Source: Bacillota bacterium
Lineage (GTDB): Bacteria > Bacillota > Clostridia > Lachnospirales > Lachnospiraceae
Length of the DNA: 64,000 nt
Direction of reading: 5' to 3'
Assembly: GCA_029226935.1 (NCBI GenBank)
Contig: JAQXYZ010000066.1
Span: forward strand, 1,748-65,747
The notes under the pieces were generated by a model, which searched no databases, was not told the DNA's origin, and saw only the letters and a program-made list of their open reading frames with translations. Of the stretch, positions 1 to 10,282 are shown one piece after another. The stretch's first letter is position 1. Every line of letters begins with the position of its first letter. A program made the position numbers and the translations under genes.

Positions 1-731
1 ATGAATTTTCCAATCATAGAATGCTCAGAGGTTCCGATCAGGTACAAATCTTCTCCTTCAATCTTGTACATCATTGCATCCATCTCGGCAAAACTCATAA
101 CACCGGTCACTACATTACTTCTGATCATAAAAGGAGGTACACAGTATGTAAATCCTCTATCGATCATAAAATCTCTTGCATATGAAATCACTGCGGAATG
201 AAGTCTTGCAATATCACCCATAAGGTAATAGAAACCGTTTCCCGCTACCTTTCTTGCGCTGTCTAAATCAATGCCGTTTAATCTTTCCATAATATCTGTA
301 TGATAAGGAACTTCAAAATCAGGAACTACAGGTTCTCCATATCTCTTGATTTCTACATTTTCAGTATCATCTTTACCGATAGGAACACTGGGATCGATGA
401 TGTTGGGAATTACCATCATAATTTTGGTAATCTTTTCATCCAATTCTTTTTCTTTTTCTTCCAATTCCACAAGGCGTTTTGCTCCGGCAGCAACCTCTGC
501 CTTCTTGGCTTCTGCTTCTTCCTTTTTGCCCTGAGCCATAAGTGCACCAATTTCTTTAGAAATTTTATTTCTGTTTGCTCTGAGATCATCTGCTTCCTGC
601 TGGGTTTTACGGCTTTCCAAATCCAGTTCAATTACCTCATCCACAAGTTTGATTTTTTCATCCTGATATTTTTTCTTAATGTTTTCTTTTACTACATCAG
701 GATTTTCTCTTAAAAATTTGATATCTATCAT
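1..731 (-). CDS. serS: seryl-tRNA synthetase, N-terminal ~243 aa (3' end lies beyond the window start)
   Basis: Not in the ORF track because it is open at the window edge. My reverse-strand translation from ATG 731..729 reads MIDIKFLRENPDVVKENIKKKYQDEKIKLVDEV, then a coiled-coil arm, then FYYLMGDIARLHSAVISYARDFM...LYLIGTSEHSMIGKF, with no stop down to position 1. A GGGAGGAG Shine-Dalgarno (SD) sequence lies just upstream. The + strand ORFs 1..201, 300..713 and 346..534 are shadow ORFs. Confidence 0.88.
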   Translation of the reverse strand, partial: MIDIKFLRENPDVVKENIKKKYQDEKIKLVDEVIELDLESRKTQQEADDLRANRNKISKEIGALMAQGKKEEAEAKKAEVAAGAKRLVELEEKEKELDEKITKIMMVIPNIIDPSVPIGKDDTENVEIKRYGEPVVPDFEVPYHTDIMERLNGIDLDSARKVAGNGFYYLMGDIARLHSAVISYARDFMIDRGFTYCVPPFMIRSNVVTGVMSFAEMDAMMYKIEGEDLYLIGTSEHSMIGKF

Positions 732-782
732 AATAGACTCCTCCCTTTTTTAACATTGTCTATGTTATTATGTATCTTTTTT

Positions 783-1838
783 TTATGCAAGCACTTTTTC
801 AATAAAAATATTATTTACCTTAATTAAGTCAACTATATCTTCATTATTAACAGATTTCCCATTCTTATCCTTAATTAGCTGCACCACAGGCCTGTCAGGA
901 AATTCCTTGTTTTGTCGTATTACCTTCCCAATAGAATGGTCACTTAAAAGAACCTGACTTCCTGCCGGATATACTGCCGTAAATTCCAGGAATACATCCA
1001 CAATCTCTGAATTATACTTTATACCCTTAAATGTTTTTAAGTATTCAACCGCTTCATATACCTTAAGTCTCTTACAGCCGATACCACAAATCATCTCATC
1101 AAAGGTATCACAGATATTTACAATCTGTGCTTCAAAAGGTATATCCTTTGCTTTTAAAGGATATCCGCTTCCATCCATTCTCTCATGGTGATACAGGATA
1201 ATATTTTTACTGGTATCAGAAATCCAGTTTTCATTTTTGACTGCGCTATATCCATATACAGGATGCTTCATGTATTCTGCAAATTCAATTTTTGATAAAG
1301 TAGAGACATCCTGATCTGTATATTCAATAGTAAGATACCTAAGTCCCAAATCATGTAGCAGACATCCAACCCCAATATCATGTACTTTTTCTTTCGGAAG
1401 CTTCAATTTTAATGCAGTTAATGTACCAAGTGAACAAATACTGATAGAATGCTCATAAATATCAGAACTTCTTTCTTTAATATCAAAAATTTTTTCAACT
1501 ACTTCTTCTTCCTGCAGAATATTCATAATGATATTATCTGCTGTCTGACTTAATTCCATTAATTCATCATTATGACTGTAGGTATGTTTTTCCAAGATGC
1601 TTTTTACTCTGTCTCTGAAGAAATTTTCTACATCTGACTTAAGCAAAACTACTTCCTGTGTGTGAACCTGATCATCCTCTTTTACATAAACCTCTGTGAT
1701 CCCTAATTCTTCAATTTTTTGAATATATTCGGGACGCAACACAGTTTCTTCTGATAACAGGATCCTAAATTCAGAAGTCATAATCGCCTTTGCTAAAACT
1801 TCTCCACCCTTCAATTCACTTACCGTACATAGTTTCAT
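783..1838 (-). CDS. HD-GYP domain protein (c-di-GMP phosphodiesterase-like)
   Basis: 351-aa ORF with an HD motif (GCLLHDLGL) and the HHERMDGSGYP signature. It lies 16 nt downstream of the DUF4446 gene and 51 nt upstream of serS on the same strand. Confidence 0.85.
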   Translation of the reverse strand: MKLCTVSELKGGEVLAKAIMTSEFRILLSEETVLRPEYIQKIEELGITEVYVKEDDQVHTQEVVLLKSDVENFFRDRVKSILEKHTYSHNDELMELSQTADNIIMNILQEEEVVEKIFDIKERSSDIYEHSISICSLGTLTALKLKLPKEKVHDIGVGCLLHDLGLRYLTIEYTDQDVSTLSKIEFAEYMKHPVYGYSAVKNENWISDTSKNIILYHHERMDGSGYPLKAKDIPFEAQIVNICDTFDEMICGIGCKRLKVYEAVEYLKTFKGIKYNSEIVDVFLEFTAVYPAGSQVLLSDHSIGKVIRQNKEFPDRPVVQLIKDKNGKSVNNEDIVDLIKVNNIFIEKVLA

Positions 1839-1854
1839 GTTGTCACCTCTGTTA

Positions 1855-2370
1855 TTATTCTGCTACCCCCATTGCTATATTAAGAGCTTTTTGTTCTTCA
1901 TCTCCTAATGAAATTTTGCACGTTCCGTTTTCAATTTCTTTTGTGTAAGAGTAACATCCTTCAGTACTGTGTACTGAATTCAAAATAAATCCATCATTAT
2001 TTTCATCTAACAGTGCAAGACAGAAACTTAATTTGCCCCCCATCTGATTAAACGCATCATATTTTATGATTCCTATTTTTTGGAATGTTGTTTCGAATTT
2101 CTTATATAAAATGCGAATATCTTTTTTATTGCTTTCTATAGAACTTTTCATAAACTTATTGTCTTCGAAAAGTCCCATAATTTCTTTTTCCAGACTTTTT
2201 GCATTCTTTCCTTGCATGAATTTCTTATAAGTTTTTTTTAATTTAGATATAGAACACATGTTCAGTATATTTAAAACCAACAAAATCAAAATAATTACTG
2301 ACATTATGATTAATAAAATTCCTACATCTATATTTTCCAGACCAATACTGGTTAAGAAAGAATTATTCAT
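1855..2370 (-). CDS. DUF4446-family membrane-anchored protein
   Basis: 171 aa with one N-terminal TM helix. The conserved C-terminal block IGIIKYDAFNQMGGKLSFCLALLDENNDGFILNSVH matches my recollection of the family that follows spo0J in Clostridia. Confidence 0.65.
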   Translation of the reverse strand: MNNSFLTSIGLENIDVGILLIIMSVIILILLVLNILNMCSISKLKKTYKKFMQGKNAKSLEKEIMGLFEDNKFMKSSIESNKKDIRILYKKFETTFQKIGIIKYDAFNQMGGKLSFCLALLDENNDGFILNSVHSTEGCYSYTKEIENGTCKISLGDEEQKALNIAMGVAE

Positions 2371-2447
2371 TTTCTCCGTACCTTTCCTATTTGAGTTATG
2401 TTAAATAAGAATAAACCCAAATTTCTTTTGTTCCATGAAAAATAAAA

Positions 2448-3350
2448 TTATTTTGAAAGCAAATCCATAAGCTTTTCCAAATCATCGTGGCTGTAAAATT
2501 CTATTTCTATTTTACCAGCCCCGTTTCCTTTAGAAGTAATTGTTACTTTTGTACTTAATTTCTGCTTAAGATTCTCTTCAATATCCTGATAAACTGCTTC
2601 AAGACTCTTATCTGTTGAAACATTCTTTTTTACCTTAGCAGGCTTATTCAGATTTTTTACCAGCTTCTCAACATCTCTTACACTTAACTTTTCATCAAAA
2701 ATCTGTTGTGCAATCGCATATTGCTGTTCAGGATCTTCTATTGTAATCAGTGCCCTTGCATGTCCGGTTGTAATCATGTCATCAATAACCATCTGCTGCA
2801 CATCATCACATAATTTTAACAGACGCATGGAATTGGTAACAGCTGTACGGCTCTTTGCAACTCTTTCCGCTACTTCATCCTGCTTTAAATTAAATTCTGT
2901 TAATAACCGTTTATATGCCTGTGCTTCTTCAATTGGGTTTAAGTTTTCTCTTTGGATATTCTCAATCAAAGATATTTCAACTATTTCCTGTTCTGTCAGG
3001 TTCTTAATAATAACAGGTACTTCTTTTAATCCGGCTTTTTTTGCAGCGCGCCATCTTCTTTCACCTGCTATAATTTCATAATGAGTCTTTCTATCCTGAA
3101 CAAGAATAGGCTGAAGAAGTCCAAACTGTTTTATGGATTCAGCAAGTTCTTCCAAAGCATCCTCATCAAAATTCTTTCTGGGCTGTTCTCTGTTTGGCTC
3201 TACCTTTGTAATATTTACAATGGTTTCTCCTTCCAGTTTTTCTGTTTTCTTTTCCTGTTTTTCTTTTACTTCTTCCTTCTTTACCTTTTCATTTATTCCG
3301 CTTGGAATTAATGCATCCAAACCTTTACCCAATCCCCTTGCTGCCGCCAT
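2448..3350 (-). CDS. spo0J: chromosome partitioning protein ParB/Spo0J
   Basis: 300 aa with the ParB box IIAGERRWRAAKKAG and an HTH region. It starts 3 nt after the soj stop. Confidence 0.93.
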   Translation of the reverse strand: MAAARGLGKGLDALIPSGINEKVKKEEVKEKQEKKTEKLEGETIVNITKVEPNREQPRKNFDEDALEELAESIKQFGLLQPILVQDRKTHYEIIAGERRWRAAKKAGLKEVPVIIKNLTEQEIVEISLIENIQRENLNPIEEAQAYKRLLTEFNLKQDEVAERVAKSRTAVTNSMRLLKLCDDVQQMVIDDMITTGHARALITIEDPEQQYAIAQQIFDEKLSVRDVEKLVKNLNKPAKVKKNVSTDKSLEAVYQDIEENLKQKLSTKVTITSKGNGAGKIEIEFYSHDDLEKLMDLLSK

Positions 3351-3353
3351 AAA

Positions 3354-4121
3354 TTAATCATCCTTTCTATTAATAATTTCTTCTGCTAATGCCATATATG
3401 CTTCTGCACCTGCTGATTTTGCATCATACATATTAATTGGCATTCCATAGCTGGGTGCTTCAGCAAGTCTGATATTTCTCGGAATTACTGTTTCAAAAAC
3501 TCTTTGGCTTAAATGACTTTTTACATTTTCAACCACCTGCATAGAAAGGTTTGTTCTTGAGTCATACATAGTAAATACTACACCTTCCATATCCAGATCA
3601 GGATTAAGTCTTTCTTTTACAAGATTGATTGTATGTATTAACTGGCTTAATCCTTCCAAAGCATAATATTCACATTGAATAGGAACTAAAACTGTATCTG
3701 CTGTTGTCATTGCATTAATTGTTAATAAGTTTAATGAAGGAGGACAATCAATCATAATGTAATCATAGCTTTCCTTTACCCATTCAACTTCTCTTTTTAA
3801 AATAAATTCTTTTCTGTCTACTCCTATTAATTCTATCTCTGCCGCAGCAAGATTTACGTTTGAAGGAATAATAGAAACTCCTGGAATTACATCATTCAAA
3901 ATACATTCCTTAATAGAACATTCACTTAAAATTAATTCATAAATAGTATTTTCAAGATCATTCTTTTCAACACCAAACCCGCTGGTTGTATTTCCCTGTG
4001 GGTCAGTATCAATTACTAAAACCTTTTTTCCCTTAGCTGCCAGTGAAGCAGACAAATTAATAGAAGTAGTAGTTTTTCCTACTCCTCCCTTTTGATTGGC
4101 AATTGCAATTATTTTTCCCAT
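3354..4121 (-). CDS. soj: ParA/Soj partition ATPase
   Basis: 255 aa with the deviant Walker A motif NQKGGVGKTTTSINL and the conserved MinD/ParA fold. It lies directly upstream of spo0J. Confidence 0.93.
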   Translation of the reverse strand: MGKIIAIANQKGGVGKTTTSINLSASLAAKGKKVLVIDTDPQGNTTSGFGVEKNDLENTIYELILSECSIKECILNDVIPGVSIIPSNVNLAAAEIELIGVDRKEFILKREVEWVKESYDYIMIDCPPSLNLLTINAMTTADTVLVPIQCEYYALEGLSQLIHTINLVKERLNPDLDMEGVVFTMYDSRTNLSMQVVENVKSHLSQRVFETVIPRNIRLAEAPSYGMPINMYDAKSAGAEAYMALAEEIINRKDD

Positions 4122-4308
4122 TACTCTTTCCTTTCCTATCCGGTAAGTAATCTTTCTTCTCTCAAATGTTTTCTAAATGATTATATCACTTCTAGTTTTT
4201 TTATTCCATAATAAATTAGTTAAAAAGAAAAGTTTCTTATGTTTCACGGTTTTTTTGTGGAATTTATTGGAATGTTTCACGATATCTTCACTAGATTTTG
4301 GGGTTGTA

Positions 4309-4324
4309 TGTTTCACGTGAAACA
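4309..4324. promoter_or_regulatory. parS: parS site, perfect match to the TGTTNCACGTGAAACA consensus
   Basis: The sequence TGTTTCACGTGAAACA was read directly at 4309..4324. Confidence 0.88.
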
Positions 4325-4357
4325 TTATCTTGTGTACCAATTTTTCTATAATAAAAA

Positions 4358-4373
4358 TGTTTCACGTGAAACG
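4358..4373. promoter_or_regulatory. parS: parS-like site with one mismatch at the last base
   Basis: The sequence TGTTTCACGTGAAACG was read directly at 4358..4373. Confidence 0.75.
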
Positions 4374-4414
4374 CTAATAAAGGACATATGCAATTTAGCA
4401 TATATCCTTTTATA

Positions 4415-5059
4415 CTAATATAACTTTACAATATTATTTTTAATTGCAAATACAGCAGCCTGTGTTCTATCAGAAACATCAATTTTCTTAAAAATATTAG
4501 ATATATGATTCTTAACTGTTCTCTCACTAATGCTAAGATTATTTGCAATTTCTTTATTAAACATTCCTTCAGCAACCTGTTTAAGAATTTCTAATTCACG
4601 CTTTGTTAATGAATCTAATTTTTCTTTATCCATATCTCTATTAATTAATCTGGAATTTAAAGCAGGTAATAAACTTGGCTGAATATAAGAGTCATCACTA
4701 ATAATTGCATTAATTGCATTTTTTAATTCTATTGATCCTGAATCTTTTAAAATATATCCGTTTGCTCCAATATCAATAGCTTTTACAAGATATTCCACTT
4801 CACTATGTACTGTCAGAATAAGAACTTTTACAGAATTCTTATTTTTCTTTAGTTCCTCAAGAACTTCAATTCCATTTTTATTAGGCATATTAATATCAAG
4901 TAAAAGAATATCTGGATTAATATTTTTTAATTTTTCCAAACATTCTACTCCATCACTTGCTTCAGCAATAACTTCTATACTTCCATCAAATTCTAATAAA
5001 TGTTTTATTCCTTCACGCATTAATACATGATCATCTGCAAGCATCACTTTAATACTCAT
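4415..5059 (-). CDS. LuxR/NarL-family response regulator (DegU-like)
   Basis: REC domain (MLADDHVLMREG, LLDINMP) plus a GerE/LuxR HTH (LTKRELEILKQVAEGMFNKEIANNLSISERTVKNHISNIFKKI). Confidence 0.9.
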   Translation of the reverse strand: MSIKVMLADDHVLMREGIKHLLEFDGSIEVIAEASDGVECLEKLKNINPDILLLDINMPNKNGIEVLEELKKNKNSVKVLILTVHSEVEYLVKAIDIGANGYILKDSGSIELKNAINAIISDDSYIQPSLLPALNSRLINRDMDKEKLDSLTKRELEILKQVAEGMFNKEIANNLSISERTVKNHISNIFKKIDVSDRTQAAVFAIKNNIVKLY

Positions 5060-5108
5060 AATTAATCTCCCACCATAAATAAAAAATAAATAAAAAATAA
5101 TTAAAACA

Positions 5109-6104
5109 TTAAGTCAAAGGAATTTCTACTTTAATCTCAGTTCCTTCTTCCGGTTTACTATCTATTATAATCTTACCACCCAGTAAATTCACTCTTTCAG
5201 TCATAATTGAAATACCAAAATGCTTGTCCTTCTGCTGATTAGTAATTTCTTCTAAAGAGAAACCCTGTCCATTATCTTTAACAATAATAAGACATTTTTT
5301 ATTTTCGCTTTTTACATTTAAAATAATTTTATCAGCATGTGAATGTTTTAATGCATTCATTAATGCTTCTTGAATAATTCTATAGATAGTAACTAAAATA
5401 AGAGCAACCTCTTGCTTATCTGTTTTAAGAAATTCATCTTCTAATTTGCAAACATCATATGTAATTTCACAATCCTTAAATTGAGACTTTGCATTTAAAA
5501 TCAGATCATCAATTCCTTTTTGAAATCCGAGATCATCGAATGACATTGGTCTTAAATTAAAAATTGTTTCCCTGATTTCATTAATAGAATCTTTTAAAAT
5601 CTTGATACAATTTTCCAATTCAAGTTTTGCTCTAATAGTATCCTGATCAATGAACATTGAACTTAACTCTATTGTATGAACCAAATGAGTAAGGTTTTGT
5701 ACAGAAGAATCATGAAGTTCCCTGGCGATTCTTTGTCTTTCCTTTTCCTGTATATCTAAAACTTTAATATCATTACTATTATATAAAGATTTATTATTTG
5801 TAAGTAATTTTTCTAATTGTTCAATTTTTTTATTTAATTGATTTAATTTATGATAATGATTTTTATTTTCATCTTGGATAATAAGTTTTTCTTCTTCCAT
5901 TTCTTTTATTTTATCGCTAAAAACATTTTCAGCACTTCTGGGAGAAAAAACCTTAAAATCAACATCATCCCTGACAGAATTCAAATAGGCTTCAATTTCT
6001 TCTATTCGATCTGAATTCTTTTTTATATTTCTATTTTCATCTTCTTTTTCCTGAAGAAATTCATCATAAATTTCTTTCAAAATCTTCTTTTCATCTTCGC
6101 ACAT
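5109..6104 (-). CDS. cytoplasmic HisKA_3-type sensor histidine kinase (DegS-like architecture)
   Basis: 331 aa with no hydrophobic segment and a charged coiled-coil N-terminus. H-box RIARELHDSSVQNL; ATPase boxes EALMNALKHS and DNGQGF. Confidence 0.85.
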   Translation of the reverse strand: MCEDEKKILKEIYDEFLQEKEDENRNIKKNSDRIEEIEAYLNSVRDDVDFKVFSPRSAENVFSDKIKEMEEEKLIIQDENKNHYHKLNQLNKKIEQLEKLLTNNKSLYNSNDIKVLDIQEKERQRIARELHDSSVQNLTHLVHTIELSSMFIDQDTIRAKLELENCIKILKDSINEIRETIFNLRPMSFDDLGFQKGIDDLILNAKSQFKDCEITYDVCKLEDEFLKTDKQEVALILVTIYRIIQEALMNALKHSHADKIILNVKSENKKCLIIVKDNGQGFSLEEITNQQKDKHFGISIMTERVNLLGGKIIIDSKPEEGTEIKVEIPLT

Positions 6105-6192
6105 TTAAATGCCATGCCTTTCTTATATGATATCATATAAAAACCTATATAAAAGTATCATATAATAAAAATAAAATTAAGAAAAGAAAAAA

Positions 6193-6918
6193 TTATTCAA
6201 GTGGTTCCTTAGAAGGTAAACCTGCTTTGCGTGGATACTTTAAAGGTGTAATCTTTTCTTTTTTTATTATAAAAAGATTTCGGTAAATATCTGAATTAGG
6301 AAGCTGAAATTCTACCTGACTTTCATATTTACCTCCGAGAATTCTAAGTGCTCCCTTTGCCTGATTAAATTCATCTGCAATTTTTTCAGATTTATAAGAG
6401 ATAAAATACCCATTTTGCTTTACAAATGGAAGACAATATTCGGATAAAGTCGCCAAATTAGCCACTGCCCTTGAAACACAGATATCGAAAGACTCTCTTA
6501 ATTTTCCCGGCTTTGCAAAATCCTCTGCTCTTCCATGAATTGTTATAATATGCTCAAGATTTAAATCCTTAATTACTTCATTTAAAAACTGAACTCTTTT
6601 ATTCAATGAATCCAAAAGTGTGATCTCTAAATTAGGAAAAGCAATTTTAAGTGGAATGCCAGGAAAACCTGCTCCTGTACCTACATCTATTACAGAAAAG
6701 GATTCACAGGATAAATTTGGTACAGCCTTAATAAGAGAAACACTATCAACAAAATGTTTCTTTAAGACCTCATCAAATTCCGTAATAGCTGTCAAATTCA
6801 TAAAAGAATTCCACTCTGATAACAGCTCATAATATCTCATGAACTGTTTCATCTGCATTTCATTCAAATAAATACCAAGTTGTTCCAAATCCTTCTGAAA
6901 AGAAATCATACTTTCCAT
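6193..6918 (-). CDS. rsmG: 16S rRNA (guanine527-N7)-methyltransferase RsmG/GidB
   Basis: 241 aa with the SAM motif DVGTGAGFPGIPL. It sits in the conserved position downstream of mnmG. Confidence 0.9.
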   Translation of the reverse strand: MESMISFQKDLEQLGIYLNEMQMKQFMRYYELLSEWNSFMNLTAITEFDEVLKKHFVDSVSLIKAVPNLSCESFSVIDVGTGAGFPGIPLKIAFPNLEITLLDSLNKRVQFLNEVIKDLNLEHIITIHGRAEDFAKPGKLRESFDICVSRAVANLATLSEYCLPFVKQNGYFISYKSEKIADEFNQAKGALRILGGKYESQVEFQLPNSDIYRNLFIIKKEKITPLKYPRKAGLPSKEPLE

Positions 6919-6961
6919 TTTATATTAATTTCCTTCCTGACCATCAAATTCTATCTTTATT

Positions 6962-8893
6962 TTATTCCTTATTTTCTACATTTCTTTTATACTGCTCTAA
7001 ATAGACCAAAAGAACAGAAATATCCGCGGGAGAAACACCGGATATGCGGGATGCCTGGCCAACAGAAACAGGATGAAAAGATTTTAATTTTTGCCTTGCC
7101 TCCAAACGAAGACTTGGAACATCATCATAATTTAAATCAACAGGAATTTTTTTCTTTTCCATCTTTTTAAATTGCTCTACCTGACGAAGCTGTCTTTCAA
7201 TATATCCTTCGTATTTAATTTCAATTTCTACCTGTTCAATCACATCATCCGGTAAAACTTCTCTTTCAGGATCAAGTTCTTTCAAAATATCATAACTTAG
7301 TTCAGGTCTGCAAAGAAGTTCCGCAAGACAAGTACCGGTTTTTAAGGTTGAACTATTATGACTTTCCAAAAATTCCTGATTACTTTTTGCAGCGCCAATC
7401 TTCGTATTCTTTAATCTTTTTACTTCCTTCTCAATTAAAGACTTTTTCCTTATTACATCATCGTATTGTTCTTTAGAGATAAGTCCAACCTGATAACCTT
7501 TTTCCCTGAGCCTTAAATCTGCATTATCCTGACGAAGTAAAAGTCTGTACTCTGCGCGGGAAGTCATCATACGGTAAGGTTCAAAATTATCTTTAGTAAC
7601 CAAATCATCAATCAAAACACCAATATAAGCTTCTGATCTGTCAAGTACCAGTTCTTCCTTTCCAAAAATAAACTGGGCTGCATTAATACCTGCAATCAAA
7701 CCTTGGGCGGCAGCCTCTTCATAACCGCTGCTTCCATTAAACTGTCCACCACTATAAAGTCCTTCAATATCTTTAAATCCAAGAGTTGGATAAAGCTGCT
7801 TCGGATTAATACAATCGTACTCTATTGCATAAGCATTTCTTACTATTTTACAATTTTCCAGACCGGGAACTGTACGATACATTGCCAACTGGACATCCTC
7901 AGGAAGAGAAGAAGACATACCTCCAACATACATTTCATTCGTATGCAATCCTTCCGGTTCAATAAATACCTGATGTCTTTCTTTATCAGCAAATTTTACA
8001 ACCTTATCTTCTATAGAAGGACAGTATCTTGGACCAGTTCCCTCAATAATTCCGGCATAGATCGGTGAACGATCAAGATTATTCCTGATAATCTCATGTG
8101 TTTTTTCATTCGTATAGGTAAGATAACATGATACCTGATCAATCTGAACATCTTCAGGATTGGTGGAAAATGAAAAAGGGATCACTCTTTCATCACCAAA
8201 CTGTTCTTCCATCTTAGAAAAATCAATACTACGTCTATCCATTCTGGCAGGTGTTCCGGTTTTAAATCTTTGAATTTCTATACCCATAGATAAAAGAGAA
8301 TCTGTTAGATGATTTGCTGCCTGAAGACCATTGGGTCCGGTATAAGTAATTGCTTCACCACACAAACATCTTGCTTTCAAATAAGTTCCTGTACATAAAA
8401 CAACTGCTTTACATTCATAAATTGCACCTGTAAAAGTTTTTAATCCTTTAATTTTTTTTGTAGCCTTTTTTTCTGAATCTTCTATTTCTTCCCAAAGCAA
8501 CTCGCATACTTCTGCCTGTTTAATTGTAAGATGATCCTGATTTTCCAGAACCTTTCTCATAGAACGGCTATATTCAGCTTTATCTGCCTGAGCACGAAGA
8601 GAATGAACAGCAGGCCCCTTGGAGACATTGAGCATTTTGGACTGAATAAAAGTCTTATCGATATTTTTACCCATCTCTCCACCCAAAGCATCAAGTTCTC
8701 TTACAAGATGCCCTTTAGAAGAACCACCTACATTAGGATTACAGGGCATTAGTGCAATGCTGTCAACGCTGACAGTAAAAATAACTGTTTCCAATCCAAG
8801 TCTGGCACAGGCAAGAGCTGCTTCACATCCCGCATGTCCGGCACCTACAATACAAACATCCACTTTTTCTCTGATTTCCATATTAATGACCAT
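6962..8893 (-). CDS. mnmG: tRNA uridine-5-carboxymethylaminomethyl modification enzyme MnmG/GidA
   Basis: 643 aa with the FAD motif [11 protein letters not shown] and conserved blocks [12 protein letters not shown] and [16 protein letters not shown]. Confidence 0.95.
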   Translation of the reverse strand: MVINMEIREKVDVCIVGAGHAGCEAALACARLGLETVIFTVSVDSIALMPCNPNVGGSSKGHLVRELDALGGEMGKNIDKTFIQSKMLNVSKGPAVHSLRAQADKAEYSRSMRKVLENQDHLTIKQAEVCELLWEEIEDSEKKATKKIKGLKTFTGAIYECKAVVLCTGTYLKARCLCGEAITYTGPNGLQAANHLTDSLLSMGIEIQRFKTGTPARMDRRSIDFSKMEEQFGDERVIPFSFSTNPEDVQIDQVSCYLTYTNEKTHEIIRNNLDRSPIYAGIIEGTGPRYCPSIEDKVVKFADKERHQVFIEPEGLHTNEMYVGGMSSSLPEDVQLAMYRTVPGLENCKIVRNAYAIEYDCINPKQLYPTLGFKDIEGLYSGGQFNGSSGYEEAAAQGLIAGINAAQFIFGKEELVLDRSEAYIGVLIDDLVTKDNFEPYRMMTSRAEYRLLLRQDNADLRLREKGYQVGLISKEQYDDVIRKKSLIEKEVKRLKNTKIGAAKSNQEFLESHNSSTLKTGTCLAELLCRPELSYDILKELDPEREVLPDDVIEQVEIEIKYEGYIERQLRQVEQFKKMEKKKIPVDLNYDDVPSLRLEARQKLKSFHPVSVGQASRISGVSPADISVLLVYLEQYKRNVENKE

Positions 8894-8899
8894 GCCTTT

Positions 8900-10282
8900 C
8901 TATTTTCCCATACAGAATTTCGAAAATATTTCATTTACAAGATCTTCTTCTACTTCTTCTCCAATAATCTTACCAAGGCTGCTATAAGCACTCATAAGAT
9001 CAATGGAATAAAAATCCTCCGGCATATCAGCTTCAAGACTTTTCTTTACTTGACAAAGACTATCCAATGTTTCCTGTAATGCCTCTTTATGTCTCAAATT
9101 TGTTATCATAACCTCATTATTAAATGAAACTTCCCCATGAAAGAATAATTCTTTAATTGCATTTTTAAAATCATCCATTCCAATCTGATTTTTAGTAGAG
9201 GTTTTGACTATTATCATATTTTCATCTAATTCACTTTTTAATTTATCAAAGGATATTTTTGATTCTAAATCTGATTTATTAAAAAGAACAATACATTTTT
9301 TATTCTTTATTAATTTCTTAATCTCAAAATCATTTTCATCCATAGGAACGGAAGAATCAACAACATATATTATCAAATCCGCATCCATAGTATATTTTTT
9401 GGCTTTTTCCACTCCAATTTTCTCAATTACATCTTCTGTAGAACGAATACCGGCGGTATCAATAATATGCAGACTAATTCCGTCAATCTTTATATTTTCT
9501 TCAAGAATATCTCTGGTGGTACCGGCAATATCCGTGACAATCGCTTTTTCTTCACCGGCTAATATATTTAATAAAGAAGATTTTCCTGCATTGGGTTTTC
9601 CGACAATAACAGTATTAATACCTTCCCTTATAATTTTTCCGTTTTCAGCAGTTGACAAAAGCTGATTTACATCTTCTATTAAATGATCTGTTTTTGTCAT
9701 TAGTTTTTCAGAATAACCATCAAGACTGATATGTTCCGGATCATCTAGTGCAGATTCAATAAAGGCAATCTCATAAATAATTTCATTTCTAAGACTCTTT
9801 ATTTTATCAGAAACTGAACCACATAATTGATTTAAAGAACTTTTTAGCGCCATTTCACTTTCGGAGGAAATGACATCCATCACAGCCTCCGCTTCAGAAA
9901 GATCAATTCTTCCATTCAAAAAAGCACGCTTGGTAAACTCTCCCGGTTCTGCCAGTCTTGCACCTTTTTTAATCACAAGATCAAGAATGCGGTTCATAAT
10001 TAAAATGCCGCCATGGCAATTTATTTCAACTGTATCTTCAGAAGTAAAACTGCCTGGTTTTTTCATAACAGAAACCATAACTTCATCTATCATTTCTTCA
10101 TCATCATAAATAAATCCGTAATGAATAGTATTTGTTTTATAATTTTTCAAAACATTATTCCTATTTTTGTTTTTATAAATAGAATTCACAATCTCAATTG
10201 ATTCTTCACCACTTACCCTGATAATTCCTATTCCTGAATTACTCATGGCAGTTGCAATAGCAGCTATTGTATCTGTTTTCAT
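8900..10282 (-). CDS. mnmE: tRNA modification GTPase MnmE/TrmE
   Basis: G1 motif GKPNAGKSSLLN and the C-terminal CMGK tetrapeptide. I place the start at ATG 10282 (MKTDTIAAIAT) behind a GAGG SD; the first 25 codons of the tracked ORF look like a spurious extension. Confidence 0.92.
   Translation of the reverse strand: MKTDTIAAIATAMSNSGIGIIRVSGEESIEIVNSIYKNKNRNNVLKNYKTNTIHYGFIYDDEEMIDEVMVSVMKKPGSFTSEDTVEINCHGGILIMNRILDLVIKKGARLAEPGEFTKRAFLNGRIDLSEAEAVMDVISSESEMALKSSLNQLCGSVSDKIKSLRNEIIYEIAFIESALDDPEHISLDGYSEKLMTKTDHLIEDVNQLLSTAENGKIIREGINTVIVGKPNAGKSSLLNILAGEEKAIVTDIAGTTRDILEENIKIDGISLHIIDTAGIRSTEDVIEKIGVEKAKKYTMDADLIIYVVDSSVPMDENDFEIKKLIKNKKCIVLFNKSDLESKISFDKLKSELDENMIIVKTSTKNQIGMDDFKNAIKELFFHGEVSFNNEVMITNLRHKEALQETLDSLCQVKKSLEADMPEDFYSIDLMSAYSSLGKIIGEEVEEDLVNEIFSKFCMGK

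Larger units (their letters stand above)
4240..4373. promoter_or_regulatory. cluster of four TGTTTCACG parS elements (two half sites, two full palindromes) upstream of soj
   Basis: TGTTTCACG occurs at 4240, 4273, 4309 and 4358. The last two extend into full 16-mers. Confidence 0.8.

Noticed and set aside
300-713. Plus-strand ORFs (300..713, 346..534 and 1..201) with low-complexity F/S/I-rich products.
   Set aside because: They are antisense shadows of the clearly recognisable serS reading frame on the minus strand.
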